The position numbers and the translations under genes are program-made. Shown one piece after another: positions 1 to 9,708 of a DNA stretch of 42,403 nt. Under the pieces are notes generated by a model. It saw only the letters and a list, made by a program, of their open reading frames with translations. It did not search any database and was not told the origin of the DNA. How positions within the stretch are numbered: position 1 is the stretch's first letter; each line of letters opens with the position of its first letter. Location: NCBI GenBank assembly GCA_023245725.1, contig JAHFJU010000005.1, forward strand, positions 1 to 42,403. Direction: 5' to 3'. Source of the stretch: Candidatus Peregrinibacteria bacterium (GTDB lineage: Bacteria; Patescibacteriota; Gracilibacteria; UBA1369; UM-FILTER-53-11).

Positions 1-2192
1 TTGGAGAAATTATGGCGCTTGGCCGTTCATTTGAAGAAGTACTGCAAAAAGGATTACGAATGCTGCAAATTGGCCTTCATGGATTTGTGGCAAATGAAAA
101 AGTATCGTTTGATTTTGCTCCGACGCATGGCAAAAATGCAATTTCAAGAGATGACGAAGAACACAAGAAAGCTCTCGAACAAGCCATAAAAGTACCAACC
201 CCAAAACGCATTGTAGCAATTGCCGCTGCATTGCAGATGGGAATGACAACGCAAAGAATCAACGAATTATCCGGCATAGACGAGTGGTTTTTGATGAAGC
301 TGAAAAATATTATTGAGATGGAGAAAACGCTAGAGAAAACAAGTCTCACAAAAATTTCGCATGATGTTTTGTTGCAGGCGAAAAAATATGGATTTTCAGA
401 TAAACAAATTTCGACACTCACAAAATCGAAAGAATCTGACGTTCGCGCACTACGCAAAAAAACCAAGGTATTGCCGGTAATGAAACAGATCGACACTCTT
501 GCTGCTGAGTTCCCTGCAAACACAAATTATCTTTATGCCACATATCACGGAACAAAGAATGACACAGGCACTATTAACTCGAAAAATCCAAAAGATAAAA
601 ACAAGAAAAAACAGCCGAAGAAAGTTGTTGTTTTGGGAGGGGGAGCATACGCGATAGGCACTTCAGTCGAGTTTGACTGGTGTTCTGTTACAGCAGTACA
701 GACTCTCAAAAAAATGGGATACGAGACGATAATGGTGAACTACAATCCAGAGACTGTTTCTACAGACTATGACATGTGCGACAAATTATATTTTGATGAA
801 CTTTCACTCGAACGGATACTCGACATAGTCGAAGCGGAAAAACCGATTGGCGTTGTAATTTCTACTGGAGGGCAAGTTGCAAACAATCTCGCAATGAAGT
901 TGCATAATGCCGGAGTTAAAATCCTTGGAACAACACCCGAAAATATCGACATGGCAGAAGATCGCCACAAGTTCTCCGCGCTGCTAGATACGCTAGAAAT
1001 AGACCAGCCTCAGTGGAAAGAATTAAAGTCGCTGGAGAGCATTGAGACGTTTGCCGAAAAAGTCGGATACCCGCTTTTAGTACGACCAAGTTACGTGCTT
1101 TCGGGTGCTGCAATGAGCGTTGCGCGCAATAAAGAAGAGCTCGAAGATTACCTTACAAAAGCGACAAATATTTCGACAGATGGAGGCGATGGAAAAACCG
1201 CAAGCTCGGTCGTTGTTAGTAAATTCGAAGTCGGCGCGAAAGAAATTGAGATAGATGCAGTCGCGCATAAAGGCGAAATCGTTATCTACGCGATTTCGGA
1301 ACATATAGAGAATGCCGGCGTTCACTCAGGCGACGCGACCATAGTTCTTCCTCCTCAAAAATTATACTTTGAAACTATTAAGAGAATTAAAAATATTTCA
1401 AAAGCTATTGCAAAAAACCTCAACATTTCTGGGCCGTTCAACATGCAATTTTTGGCAAAAAACAATGACGTTAAAGTGATAGAGTGCAACCTGCGCGCGT
1501 CGCGGAGTTTCCCATTCGCATCGAAGGTTACCGGCTACAACTTTATTGAAATTGCGACATATTCAATGATGAACAATCCTCACATTGAAGAATTGAAAAA
1601 AGTTAAATATGTGACTCTCGACCTTGAACATGTTGGAGTAAAAGCGCCACAGTTTTCATTCTCACGATTGAAGGGCGCCGATCCTGTTTTGGGCGTTGAA
1701 ATGGCTTCTACAGGAGAAGTCGCGTGCTTTGGCGACGACATGTACGAGGCACTTTTAAAGGCGATGATTTCAACAGGATTTGTAATTCCAAAGAAAAATA
1801 TTTTGCTTTCAATCGGACGAATCGAAGATAAAGTTGCATTCTTACCTGCGGCACAACAACTCGTTGAACAAGGATTCAACTTGTTTGCGACAGAAGGTAC
1901 CTCACAATTTTTAGCAGAGAACGGACTCACTTCAACGACGCTGTATAAAGCGCGCGACAAAAAAACTCCGAATATTCTCGATGCAATCAGTGGTAAAAAA
2001 GTTGACCTCGTTATAGACATTCCAAAATCGTACAGCCACGACGAAGTAACCGACGGCTACCTCATTCGTCGCCGCGCTATCGACTCAAATATTCCGCTTA
2101 TAACGAACGTGCAAGTCGCAAAGGCAATTACAGAAGCACTTCGCCGTTACACTCAAGACACGCTGCAAATTAAGCCATGGAGTGGGTACTAA
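1..2192 (+). CDS. carB: Carbamoyl-phosphate synthase large subunit, 5'-truncated by the window edge
   Basis: The frame is open from position 3 (GEIMALGRSFEE). Motifs IDTLAAEFPA, EFDWC, NPETVSTDYD, RPSYVLSGAAM, EHIENAGVHSGDA and ECNLRASRS, plus a C-terminal MGS-like domain. Confidence 0.97.
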   Translation, partial: GEIMALGRSFEEVLQKGLRMLQIGLHGFVANEKVSFDFAPTHGKNAISRDDEEHKKALEQAIKVPTPKRIVAIAAALQMGMTTQRINELSGIDEWFLMKLKNIIEMEKTLEKTSLTKISHDVLLQAKKYGFSDKQISTLTKSKESDVRALRKKTKVLPVMKQIDTLAAEFPANTNYLYATYHGTKNDTGTINSKNPKDKNKKKQPKKVVVLGGGAYAIGTSVEFDWCSVTAVQTLKKMGYETIMVNYNPETVSTDYDMCDKLYFDELSLERILDIVEAEKPIGVVISTGGQVANNLAMKLHNAGVKILGTTPENIDMAEDRHKFSALLDTLEIDQPQWKELKSLESIETFAEKVGYPLLVRPSYVLSGAAMSVARNKEELEDYLTKATNISTDGGDGKTASSVVVSKFEVGAKEIEIDAVAHKGEIVIYAISEHIENAGVHSGDATIVLPPQKLYFETIKRIKNISKAIAKNLNISGPFNMQFLAKNNDVKVIECNLRASRSFPFASKVTGYNFIEIATYSMMNNPHIEELKKVKYVTLDLEHVGVKAPQFSFSRLKGADPVLGVEMASTGEVACFGDDMYEALLKAMISTGFVIPKKNILLSIGRIEDKVAFLPAAQQLVEQGFNLFATEGTSQFLAENGLTSTTLYKARDKKTPNILDAISGKKVDLVIDIPKSYSHDEVTDGYLIRRRAIDSNIPLITNVQVAKAITEALRRYTQDTLQIKPWSGY

Positions 2193-2271
2193 TCTACTTT
2201 TTTATTTATTTTTTGGCTCACATACGGCAAACTAGGCACGCGTCGTGTTTTATCTAACCATATTCGATCAA

Positions 2272-3273
2272 ATGACAATCAAAAACACTCCAAAACTTAA
2301 ATCAGGTCTAGCTCAAATGCTTAAAGGCGGCGTTATTATGGATGTAGTCACTCCCGACCAAGCGGAGATTGCAGAAAAAGCAGGTGCTGTAGCCGTTATG
2401 GCGCTTGAACGTGTTCCATCGGATATTCGTAAAGATGGAGGAGTCGCGCGTATGAGTGACCCGAAAATGATTAAAGGGATTATAAAAGTGTCGTCTATTC
2501 CTGTCATGGCCAAGGTTCGTATCGGTCACTTTGTTGAGGCGCAAATTTTAGAGGCGCTCGGAGTTGATTACATTGATGAATCGGAGGTTCTAACTCCTGC
2601 CGATGAATTTTTTCATGTAGATAAAAGTGCGTTCAAGGTTCCATTTGTATGTGGAGCACGAAACCTTGGTGAGGCGCTTAGACGCGTTCAAGAAGGCGCG
2701 GCAATGATACGTACAAAGGGCGAGGCTGGAACAGGAAACGTTGTAGAGGCCGTTCGTCACATGCGCCAAATGCAGAGCGACATGGCAGAAATTGCAGTTT
2801 TGTGGGAGATGGCTACTGGAAAAAAATCTAAAATTCATGCGCTTGAGACACTAAAGCCGGAGCAATTCCGCGTAGTTCCAGAGGTAAAGGCACGACTTCC
2901 TCTAAAAAAACTAACCACAAAAAAGGCGCGCGAATTACTAAAAGAGCGCGCGAAAGAAATGCGAGTAACTCTTGAACTTGTTGAGTGGGTGGGAGAAAAC
3001 GGCAAACTGCCTGTAGTAAATTTTGCCGCAGGAGGAATTGCGACTCCGGCAGACGCAGCACTTATGATGCAACTTGGCGCTGAAGGTGTGTTTGTAGGCT
3101 CAGGAATTTTCAAATCGGCCGACCCTGCTCTTCGTGCACAGGCGATTGTAAAAGCAACTCTCCACTTTAACGATCCAAAGATAATTGCAGAGGTTTCTGA
3201 AGACCTTGGAGCCTCTATGGAAAGCCAAGAGATCAATAAATTGAAGGATAAGTTTGCCGAAAGAGGGTGGTAG
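2272..3273 (+). CDS. pdxS: Pyridoxal 5'-phosphate synthase lyase subunit with a ~41-aa insertion
   Basis: [51 protein letters not shown] 2272 preferred over GTG 2245. Confidence 0.97.
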   Translation: MTIKNTPKLKSGLAQMLKGGVIMDVVTPDQAEIAEKAGAVAVMALERVPSDIRKDGGVARMSDPKMIKGIIKVSSIPVMAKVRIGHFVEAQILEALGVDYIDESEVLTPADEFFHVDKSAFKVPFVCGARNLGEALRRVQEGAAMIRTKGEAGTGNVVEAVRHMRQMQSDMAEIAVLWEMATGKKSKIHALETLKPEQFRVVPEVKARLPLKKLTTKKARELLKERAKEMRVTLELVEWVGENGKLPVVNFAAGGIATPADAALMMQLGAEGVFVGSGIFKSADPALRAQAIVKATLHFNDPKIIAEVSEDLGASMESQEINKLKDKFAERGW

Positions 3274-3295
3274 ATAGCGAGAAACCCATTCAGCC

Positions 3296-3323
3296 TTGAC
3301 AAACTAAGATCTCAGCGCATAAT
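3296..3323 (+). promoter_or_regulatory. Sigma70-type promoter
   Basis: TTGACA (3296-3301), 16-nt spacer, CATAAT (3318-3323). Confidence 0.55.
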
Positions 3324-3353
3324 AATGCCCTAAAAATATAACTATTATGTCTC

Positions 3354-3983
3354 ATGCGCAACGAAAGAGATTCGTGGGGAGGAGCAGAAAATTGTCGAGT
3401 TGATGCATTTTTTCCAAGACATTTGCAAGAAATTTTGGCTGGAATTGCTTTTGCGGTTGCTGGGATTGCACATTCAAGTGGGCGGGCTGAAGAGGTGAGG
3501 GAGAGTACAATCGCTTATGTGGCTTCTTCCTGCAAGGATCATAATTTTGATAAAAAAGTATGGGAGCGATATTTGCCCAATGATAAACCAAGTAATAAAT
3601 TTAGAGAAATCACAAGGATTCCTCCTGAATTGATGGCATCTCTTGGAAAGAAAGGGAAGTTTTTTATAATTATGGGAAGTCACGATTGTGCTGCGTGCGC
3701 AATTGCAAAAGAATGGTGGGAAAAAGTTGACCTTGGCGGGTTTTCGCCGATTTATCTTACAACTCGTGGTGGCGAAATAGGGCTTGATGATTATGATAAA
3801 AACTATGCGGATATTGAGTCTTTATTTGGTAAGGGTTTGTTGACTGGGAATCATTTGCCTTATGGTTTTTTAGTTCAGGACGGGAAACTTTTGAAATTTT
3901 CCAATGATGGACTTTGCAATGTGACGAATGATGACAATGGTATTGCTGTTTTCTTGAATAAGCTTGAGGGTAAAGTAAAATAG
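3354..3983 (+). CDS. Hypothetical protein, possibly exported, with a thioredoxin-like CxxC
   Basis: 209-aa ORF with a hydrophobic segment ILAGIAFAVAGIA and FFIIMGSHDCAAC (beta-strand followed by CxxC). Confidence 0.6.
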   Translation: MRNERDSWGGAENCRVDAFFPRHLQEILAGIAFAVAGIAHSSGRAEEVRESTIAYVASSCKDHNFDKKVWERYLPNDKPSNKFREITRIPPELMASLGKKGKFFIIMGSHDCAACAIAKEWWEKVDLGGFSPIYLTTRGGEIGLDDYDKNYADIESLFGKGLLTGNHLPYGFLVQDGKLLKFSNDGLCNVTNDDNGIAVFLNKLEGKVK

Positions 3984-4188
3984 TGATTTGGGTATTTTCA
4001 GTTCAACTGTGGCGGCGTTTCGTTTGGGCAATTGAGCGTCGTCCATTGCTATATGAGCTTTATATATTTTAATATTTTCCTGGGAAGACATTTTTACAAT
4101 GATTATTTAGGAGTGTAAAGGGAGCAGCCGAATGGAAGCGATTAATACCTTTTACAGCTTTATAACACCATTTTTTCCGCCATTCGCC

Positions 4189-4219
4189 TTGACAAAGAAT
4201 AGATTCAGTATACTATACT
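4189..4219 (+). promoter_or_regulatory. Sigma70-type promoter
   Basis: TTGACA (4189-4194) and overlapping TATACTATACT -10 candidates; the last ends 6 nt before ATG 4226. Confidence 0.55.
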
Positions 4220-4225
4220 GCAACT

Positions 4226-5293
4226 ATGGCCAACATACCAGAAAAACGCAATACTGATTTAGAAATACAGACAAGCCTTGAAGCAGACGGTACAGAGCGG
4301 GGTTCTAGTGTTTTAAACACTACAGAAATGAGACCTATAAGGTTTGAATCCTCAAACCAAACGATACTCCCGCCAGCGGCAGTTGCTCCAGTTGATTTCG
4401 AAAAACCAGCGATTGAAAATGCCTCACAAGGTTCTGTAAATCCAAAATCGATAGCCGAAGAACTTAGTGAAAGACTAGCAGCAAAAGTAACAAGAGCTAC
4501 TATTAAACCTAATGCTGAAGACCAAAGCGGTAGGGTTATAAAGCTACCAAATCCTCCTTCACGTAGCGCAATTAGTTTTTTTGAAGCAGTAAAAGCTGCT
4601 GGCGATAATTGCGTAATCGAACATCCATCAGCGCAAAGACAACTTAACGAAGATGAAATACTGAATATAAAGCTAAAATCCAGGCGAGAATTCTTTGAAT
4701 ATTTTATCAATATCCTAAAAAAACTAAAAACTCTCTTAGTAAATCCGGCAGATATGTCGGCAATAGACAGACATGTATTAGAAATTACAACCGCCACAAA
4801 TCACATAATTGATTTTGTTCTACCTGATATCTGCAGCGACCTGCTTACTGAAGGAATTATAACAATGTCAGATAATGACGGCTGGCTAATGTGGAATGAC
4901 CCAATTAAAGCTTCATTAAATGGCAAACCTGTACGCATATCATCAAAACACAAAGACACCGATGGCAACGCCGATGACATATTTGCTATAGAATTAGCAG
5001 ACAAAGGCGACAAGTTTAAAGAAGGAGGTAATCGAATGTTCATTCGTACATCGACAGTTGAAGACGGCATAAAAAAAGAAGGTTACTATTTTTCAATTAC
5101 TGATACATCGACAAACACAACCAGCACCCTTGTATCACTTTCACGTGCAGATACATTCGATGCAAGTAAAGCTGGCCCAAACGGAATAGGCGCAATAGGA
5201 TTAAAGTTTTATCACTTAGCAGTCGCTCTTAACAAAGCCTTAGCTGTTGCCATAGAAAATATAGAAGAACAAAATGCTCAAACCTCAGCCTAA
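4226..5293 (+). CDS. Hypothetical protein
   Basis: 355-aa ORF with a promoter upstream and a low-complexity N-terminus; no recognised family. Confidence 0.7.
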   Translation: MANIPEKRNTDLEIQTSLEADGTERGSSVLNTTEMRPIRFESSNQTILPPAAVAPVDFEKPAIENASQGSVNPKSIAEELSERLAAKVTRATIKPNAEDQSGRVIKLPNPPSRSAISFFEAVKAAGDNCVIEHPSAQRQLNEDEILNIKLKSRREFFEYFINILKKLKTLLVNPADMSAIDRHVLEITTATNHIIDFVLPDICSDLLTEGIITMSDNDGWLMWNDPIKASLNGKPVRISSKHKDTDGNADDIFAIELADKGDKFKEGGNRMFIRTSTVEDGIKKEGYYFSITDTSTNTTSTLVSLSRADTFDASKAGPNGIGAIGLKFYHLAVALNKALAVAIENIEEQNAQTSA

Positions 5294-6543
5294 AAAATAA
5301 TATCGCCAACTAAAAGTGCGCTCAGAATAATCAAAATAATCACAGAGATCCACGCTACAACGTTATACCAAGGCTTGTTCACATACTTTCCCATAAGCCA
5401 TTTTTTATTTACCAGTTTGATAATAAAAATCAAAACCGGGGCTAGCAAAACTCCATTTATAACCTGAGCAACCAGCATGATTTTTACCAATGGAACCGAA
5501 GGAAAAAGCAACGGAATGGCTCCAGAAAGAATCAAAAACGTAAATATTCCATAATACACTGGCGCTTCTTTAAACGTTTTATCTAAACCTGATTCAAATC
5601 CTAATCCTTCACAAACATAATACGCAGTAGCAAGCGGTACAATCATCGCGCCGAGTAAAGAAGCATTTAGTAAACCAATCGCAAATAAATATTCCGCAGC
5701 ATTACCGGCCAACGGCCCAAGTGCCAAAGCGGCATCGGCCGCTGTATCGATTTTAACGCCATTTACAAACAAGGTCGCGGCCGCGGCAATAATTATAAAC
5801 GCTGACACGGTATCAGACATTATTGAGCCTATAATAACGTCCCATTTTGTGTACGAATATTGCTCAACTTTAATTCGTTTCTCAACTGCCGATGCCTGCA
5901 AATAAAATTGCATCCATGGGGCTACAGTTGTTCCGATCAATCCAATTACCAAGAAAATATAATCATGGTCAAAACTCAAAGTTGGCACAAGTGAACCATG
6001 CAAAACAGATGTCCATTGCGGGTGCGCCAAAATCCCTGAAATTATGTATGAAATAAACAAAAACGCACCAACTAAAAATATTTTTTCAGCTACACGATAA
6101 TTGGTTTTTGTAATAACAAGCCAAATCGCAACTGCAGAAAGCGGCACACTTACAAAACGTGGAATGTCGAAAATTTCAAAAGCTCCGGCCACACCGGCGA
6201 ACTCTGCCATTACCGTTGCAATATTAGCCAAAAATAAACCAGACAAAATATAGAACGCAATTCGCGCGCCATATACTTCGCGAATCAAATCAGCTAGACC
6301 TTTGCCAGAAACAACGCCCATACGAGCGCACATCTCTTGAACAATTATCAGCACGACAGTAATAACAATCATCACCCACAAAAGAGAGTAACCATAATGT
6401 GCTCCAGCGACAGAGTAGGTTGTGATTCCACCAGCATCGTTACCGGCAGCGGCGGCAATTATCCCAGGGCCAACGATAGCAAGGAACCCGAGAATCGAAC
6501 GAAATCTATTTTTAAGTGCAGCGAGCATAGAACGATTATTCAT
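5290..6543 (-). CDS. Nramp-family divalent cation transporter (NRMT/Mg2+-type)
   Basis: About 11 TM segments; GPGIIAAAAGNDAGG, QEMCARMG, GTTVAPWMQFY. ATG 6543 overlaps the upstream gene's stop. Confidence 0.9.
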   Translation of the reverse strand: MNNRSMLAALKNRFRSILGFLAIVGPGIIAAAAGNDAGGITTYSVAGAHYGYSLLWVMIVITVVLIIVQEMCARMGVVSGKGLADLIREVYGARIAFYILSGLFLANIATVMAEFAGVAGAFEIFDIPRFVSVPLSAVAIWLVITKTNYRVAEKIFLVGAFLFISYIISGILAHPQWTSVLHGSLVPTLSFDHDYIFLVIGLIGTTVAPWMQFYLQASAVEKRIKVEQYSYTKWDVIIGSIMSDTVSAFIIIAAAATLFVNGVKIDTAADAALALGPLAGNAAEYLFAIGLLNASLLGAMIVPLATAYYVCEGLGFESGLDKTFKEAPVYYGIFTFLILSGAIPLLFPSVPLVKIMLVAQVINGVLLAPVLIFIIKLVNKKWLMGKYVNKPWYNVVAWISVIILIILSALLVGDIIF

Positions 6544-7792
6544 TATTTTCTTGCAAAATAGGCAGTACGTCATCGACGGTAATAACACCGACAAGCGCTT
6601 TTTTAGGACCAACAACAGGAATTTCGACCAAGTTGTACTTTGAAAGTTTTTCGATTACTTCATCGACGTGCTCTTTACGACGGACACTAACAGGCTCGTC
6701 TTCTTTTAATAACGAACTCAGCTGGGTATTCGGCTCAGCAAAAATCAAATCGTGAATTGAAATAACTCCTTCAAGCTCATCGGCTGGGCCAACTACATAA
6801 ATTGAATACGCGCGCGCCACTTGGTCTTTCTTTTTTCTCAACTCTTCCAACGCGCGCGCGACTGTTGTACGGCATGATAAAGCCACAAATTCGGTATTCA
6901 TAATACTTCCAGCGGTGTCTTCTTTAAATTTAAGCAGCTCTCGAATTTCTTCAGCATCTCCAAGTTTCATCGCATTCAAAACTTGTCTCATTCGTCGTGC
7001 AGGCAGCTCGGCAACTATGTCGGTAGCAGAATCAGGCGACAGCCTCTCTAGCATTTTACTCAACACTTCATCTTTAAATCGCTCAAGCAATTCTTTTCGC
7101 ACATCCGGCTCAAGCTCTTCAATAGTTCGAGCCATTTGATCCATCGGCAAAGTCTGCAAAATTGAAAGCCGCTCAAACTGATCAAGGTCGCTCACAATGT
7201 CGGCAAGGTCGGCAGGATGCATGCTTTTTAGTTCATCTTGTGCCACATTCAAAGTTATCTGATGCCTTAAACGAGCTGGAAGAGGATCAATATATTTGCT
7301 TGGCAACAACGTGTTCGAAAATCCTTTTTTAAAAAGTGATGCCAAAGAAAGAGCAACACCCTCAAGCCCGATACGCCGTAACAATCCTCTAAAACCAATG
7401 TCTGCCGCCACAACCAATAACTCTCCCTGCACAGCAACAATTTTCACGTCATTCACGCGCACCACACGATGCTCGGCAGTATCTACAATTTGCTGATCAA
7501 GAAAATCTCTCTTTAAACGCAATTCAGTGTCGTCATATTCAATCGGCACAATTTCACTTGGATTTTTTTTCAGCGAAATACTTACAGGATCAGTCTCAAT
7601 AGAACGAACCATGCTCCACGGAACAATTACGCGCTCACCATTTTTCGTGCGAATTCTAACTTTTGTGACTATAAAACTATCTTTATATGGCTTCACTATA
7701 AAATCCCTAAACACTCCATAAACGGCTTCATTCAGGCCATAAACAGGCTTACCAACGAGAGTCGAAAAGAAAAATTCAGAGAAAAAAGACAT
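6536..7792 (-). CDS. Soluble MgtE-like protein (PRC-like region, MgtE N-domain, tandem CBS; no membrane domain)
   Basis: RDFLDQQIVD..RVVRVND, MHPADLADIV, EDTAGSIMNTEFV, GVITVDDV; ends directly after the second CBS domain. Confidence 0.88.
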   Translation of the reverse strand: MSFFSEFFFSTLVGKPVYGLNEAVYGVFRDFIVKPYKDSFIVTKVRIRTKNGERVIVPWSMVRSIETDPVSISLKKNPSEIVPIEYDDTELRLKRDFLDQQIVDTAEHRVVRVNDVKIVAVQGELLVVAADIGFRGLLRRIGLEGVALSLASLFKKGFSNTLLPSKYIDPLPARLRHQITLNVAQDELKSMHPADLADIVSDLDQFERLSILQTLPMDQMARTIEELEPDVRKELLERFKDEVLSKMLERLSPDSATDIVAELPARRMRQVLNAMKLGDAEEIRELLKFKEDTAGSIMNTEFVALSCRTTVARALEELRKKKDQVARAYSIYVVGPADELEGVISIHDLIFAEPNTQLSSLLKEDEPVSVRRKEHVDEVIEKLSKYNLVEIPVVGPKKALVGVITVDDVLPILQENNE

Positions 7793-7835
7793 AGGAGCTT
7801 GGTTGCTCGGCCATTTTCCTTGTAGAATGCATGCC

Positions 7836-8489
7836 GTGTCAACACAGAATATGGTTAAAATAGGAGTATTGGCAATTCAAGGATCGTTCGCGGAACACAT
7901 CGAAGTTTTGTCGCGTATTAATGTTCCAGCTATTGAAGTAAGAACCGTTGAAGAATTAAATTCTGTCGATGGGTTGATAATTCCCGGAGGCGAATCGACG
8001 ACAATAGGAAAATTAATGAAGTACTACGGACTCGACAAAGAGATAATTAAAAGAGCAACATTGCCGTCACGCTCTTCTAAAAACGAACGTGAACTTGGCG
8101 CATCTGCTCTTACAATTTGGGGAACCTGCGCTGGGGCAATTTTGTTGGCGAAACAAGTTGCCGAGCCACGCCCGGACATTTTAGGGCTTCTCGATATTTC
8201 AATTACGCGCAATGCATACGGCCCGCAAATAGAAAGTTTTGAGACCACAATTTCAATACCTAAAATTTCGAAAAAAAAAGTTGGAGCGGTTTTTATTCGG
8301 GCACCAAAAATCACTCGCGTCGGCAAAGGCGTCGAAGTGCTTGGAGTGCTAAAGTTTGGCCAGTATGACGAACCCGTGATTGTACAGTATAATAACCTCC
8401 TCGCATCGACGTTTCACCCTGAACTTACCAACGATACGAGCGTTCACGAATATTTTGTTTCACTCACCAGAACATATGCAAAAAAATAA
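7836..8489 (+). CDS. pdxT: PLP synthase glutaminase subunit
   Basis: GVLAIQG, PGGESTT, GTCAG, RNAYG, FIRAP, FHPEL. Start is GTG 7836 (7 nt after TAGAAT) or ATG 7851. Confidence 0.96.
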   Translation: MSTQNMVKIGVLAIQGSFAEHIEVLSRINVPAIEVRTVEELNSVDGLIIPGGESTTIGKLMKYYGLDKEIIKRATLPSRSSKNERELGASALTIWGTCAGAILLAKQVAEPRPDILGLLDISITRNAYGPQIESFETTISIPKISKKKVGAVFIRAPKITRVGKGVEVLGVLKFGQYDEPVIVQYNNLLASTFHPELTNDTSVHEYFVSLTRTYAKK

Positions 8490-9084
8490 GAAAACTCAAA
8501 CAACATCAAGCGCAGAGTCGATTGAAAAATCACGACCACAACTCGAAAAAAATGTGCGCTCTTTAATTGAGGCGATCGGCGAAAACAATTCACGAGAAGG
8601 ATTACAAGACACACCGCGCCGTGTAGTCGACGCTCTTTCAAAAATTTTTAGCGGATACGGACAAGATCCCAAAAAAATAGCTACGACATTCAATGCAGAA
8701 AACTACGACGAAATGATTGTGATGAAAGACATAGAATTTTACAGTTCATGCGAACACCACATGTTACCTTTTTTCGGAAAAGCCTACATCGGCTACATTC
8801 CGAATAAAAAAATAATCGGCCTTTCGAAAATTCCGCGCGTGGTCGATATTTTCGCTCGCAGACTACAAAATCAGGAACGCCTAACTATGGAAATCGCCGA
8901 GACTCTTCGTGAGTTAATAGACCCGCGCGGCGTTGGAGTGGTTATTGAGGCCGAACATTTGTGCGTAAAATCGCGTGGCGTAGAAAAGCAAAACGCAAAA
9001 GTCGTGACATCTGCAATGCTTGGATTATTTAAGAAAAAACTCAACACGCGCAACGAATTTCTAAGGCTCATTAATCACGCATAA
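8476..9084 (+). CDS. folE: GTP cyclohydrolase I
   Basis: REGLQDTPRRV, CEHHMLPF, GLSK, RRLQNQERLT, AEHLC. ATG 8476 overlaps the end of pdxT. Confidence 0.96.
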   Translation: MQKNKKTQTTSSAESIEKSRPQLEKNVRSLIEAIGENNSREGLQDTPRRVVDALSKIFSGYGQDPKKIATTFNAENYDEMIVMKDIEFYSSCEHHMLPFFGKAYIGYIPNKKIIGLSKIPRVVDIFARRLQNQERLTMEIAETLRELIDPRGVGVVIEAEHLCVKSRGVEKQNAKVVTSAMLGLFKKKLNTRNEFLRLINHA

Positions 9085-9102
9085 TAGCTATCTGCAAAAG
9101 CC

Positions 9103-9708
9103 ATGCTGCCAAAATCTATTCAAAAAGTAGTGGAAAATTTAAGCAAACTTCCGGGAATTGGCAAAAAAACCGCGCAACGGTATGCCTATTTTTTGTTACG
9201 TTCTCACAAAGGTCTCGCGCGCGAACTTGGCGACTCACTAATGAAAATGGGCGAGGAAATGCAGCTATGCACAGAATGCTACCTTCTTAGCGACAGCGCG
9301 CTTTGTATAATCTGCAAAAACATGCACCGCGAAAAATCGCTTATTTGCGTTGTAGAAAGCGTATTCGATGCAGAAGCTATTGAACGCTCAGGGGAGTTTA
9401 AAGGAGTCTATCATGTTCTTCACGGACGAATTTCTCCGCTTGAAGGAACAATGCCCGACGACTTAAAAATTCCCGAACTTATTTCGCGAATTGAAAAGAA
9501 AATTCTAGAGAATGAACCGCTCGAAATTATTCTTGCCACGAATCCGTCGAGCGAAGGCGAGGCGACCGCAATTTATTTGCATCAACTTCTAAAACCGCTT
9601 GGCGTTTCTGTCACACGAATTGCAACTGGAATTCCAATCGGCGCAGATCTTGAGTACGCCGACGAAGTGACACTTGCGCGCGCTATGAAGGGCAGGCATT
9701 TGTTTTAA
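9103..9708 (+). CDS. recR: Recombination mediator RecR
   Basis: LPGIGKKTAQR, C4 zinc finger, YHVLHG, Toprim ATNPSSEGEAT, GADLEYADEVTL. Confidence 0.97.
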   Translation: MLPKSIQKVVENLSKLPGIGKKTAQRYAYFLLRSHKGLARELGDSLMKMGEEMQLCTECYLLSDSALCIICKNMHREKSLICVVESVFDAEAIERSGEFKGVYHVLHGRISPLEGTMPDDLKIPELISRIEKKILENEPLEIILATNPSSEGEATAIYLHQLLKPLGVSVTRIATGIPIGADLEYADEVTLARAMKGRHLF

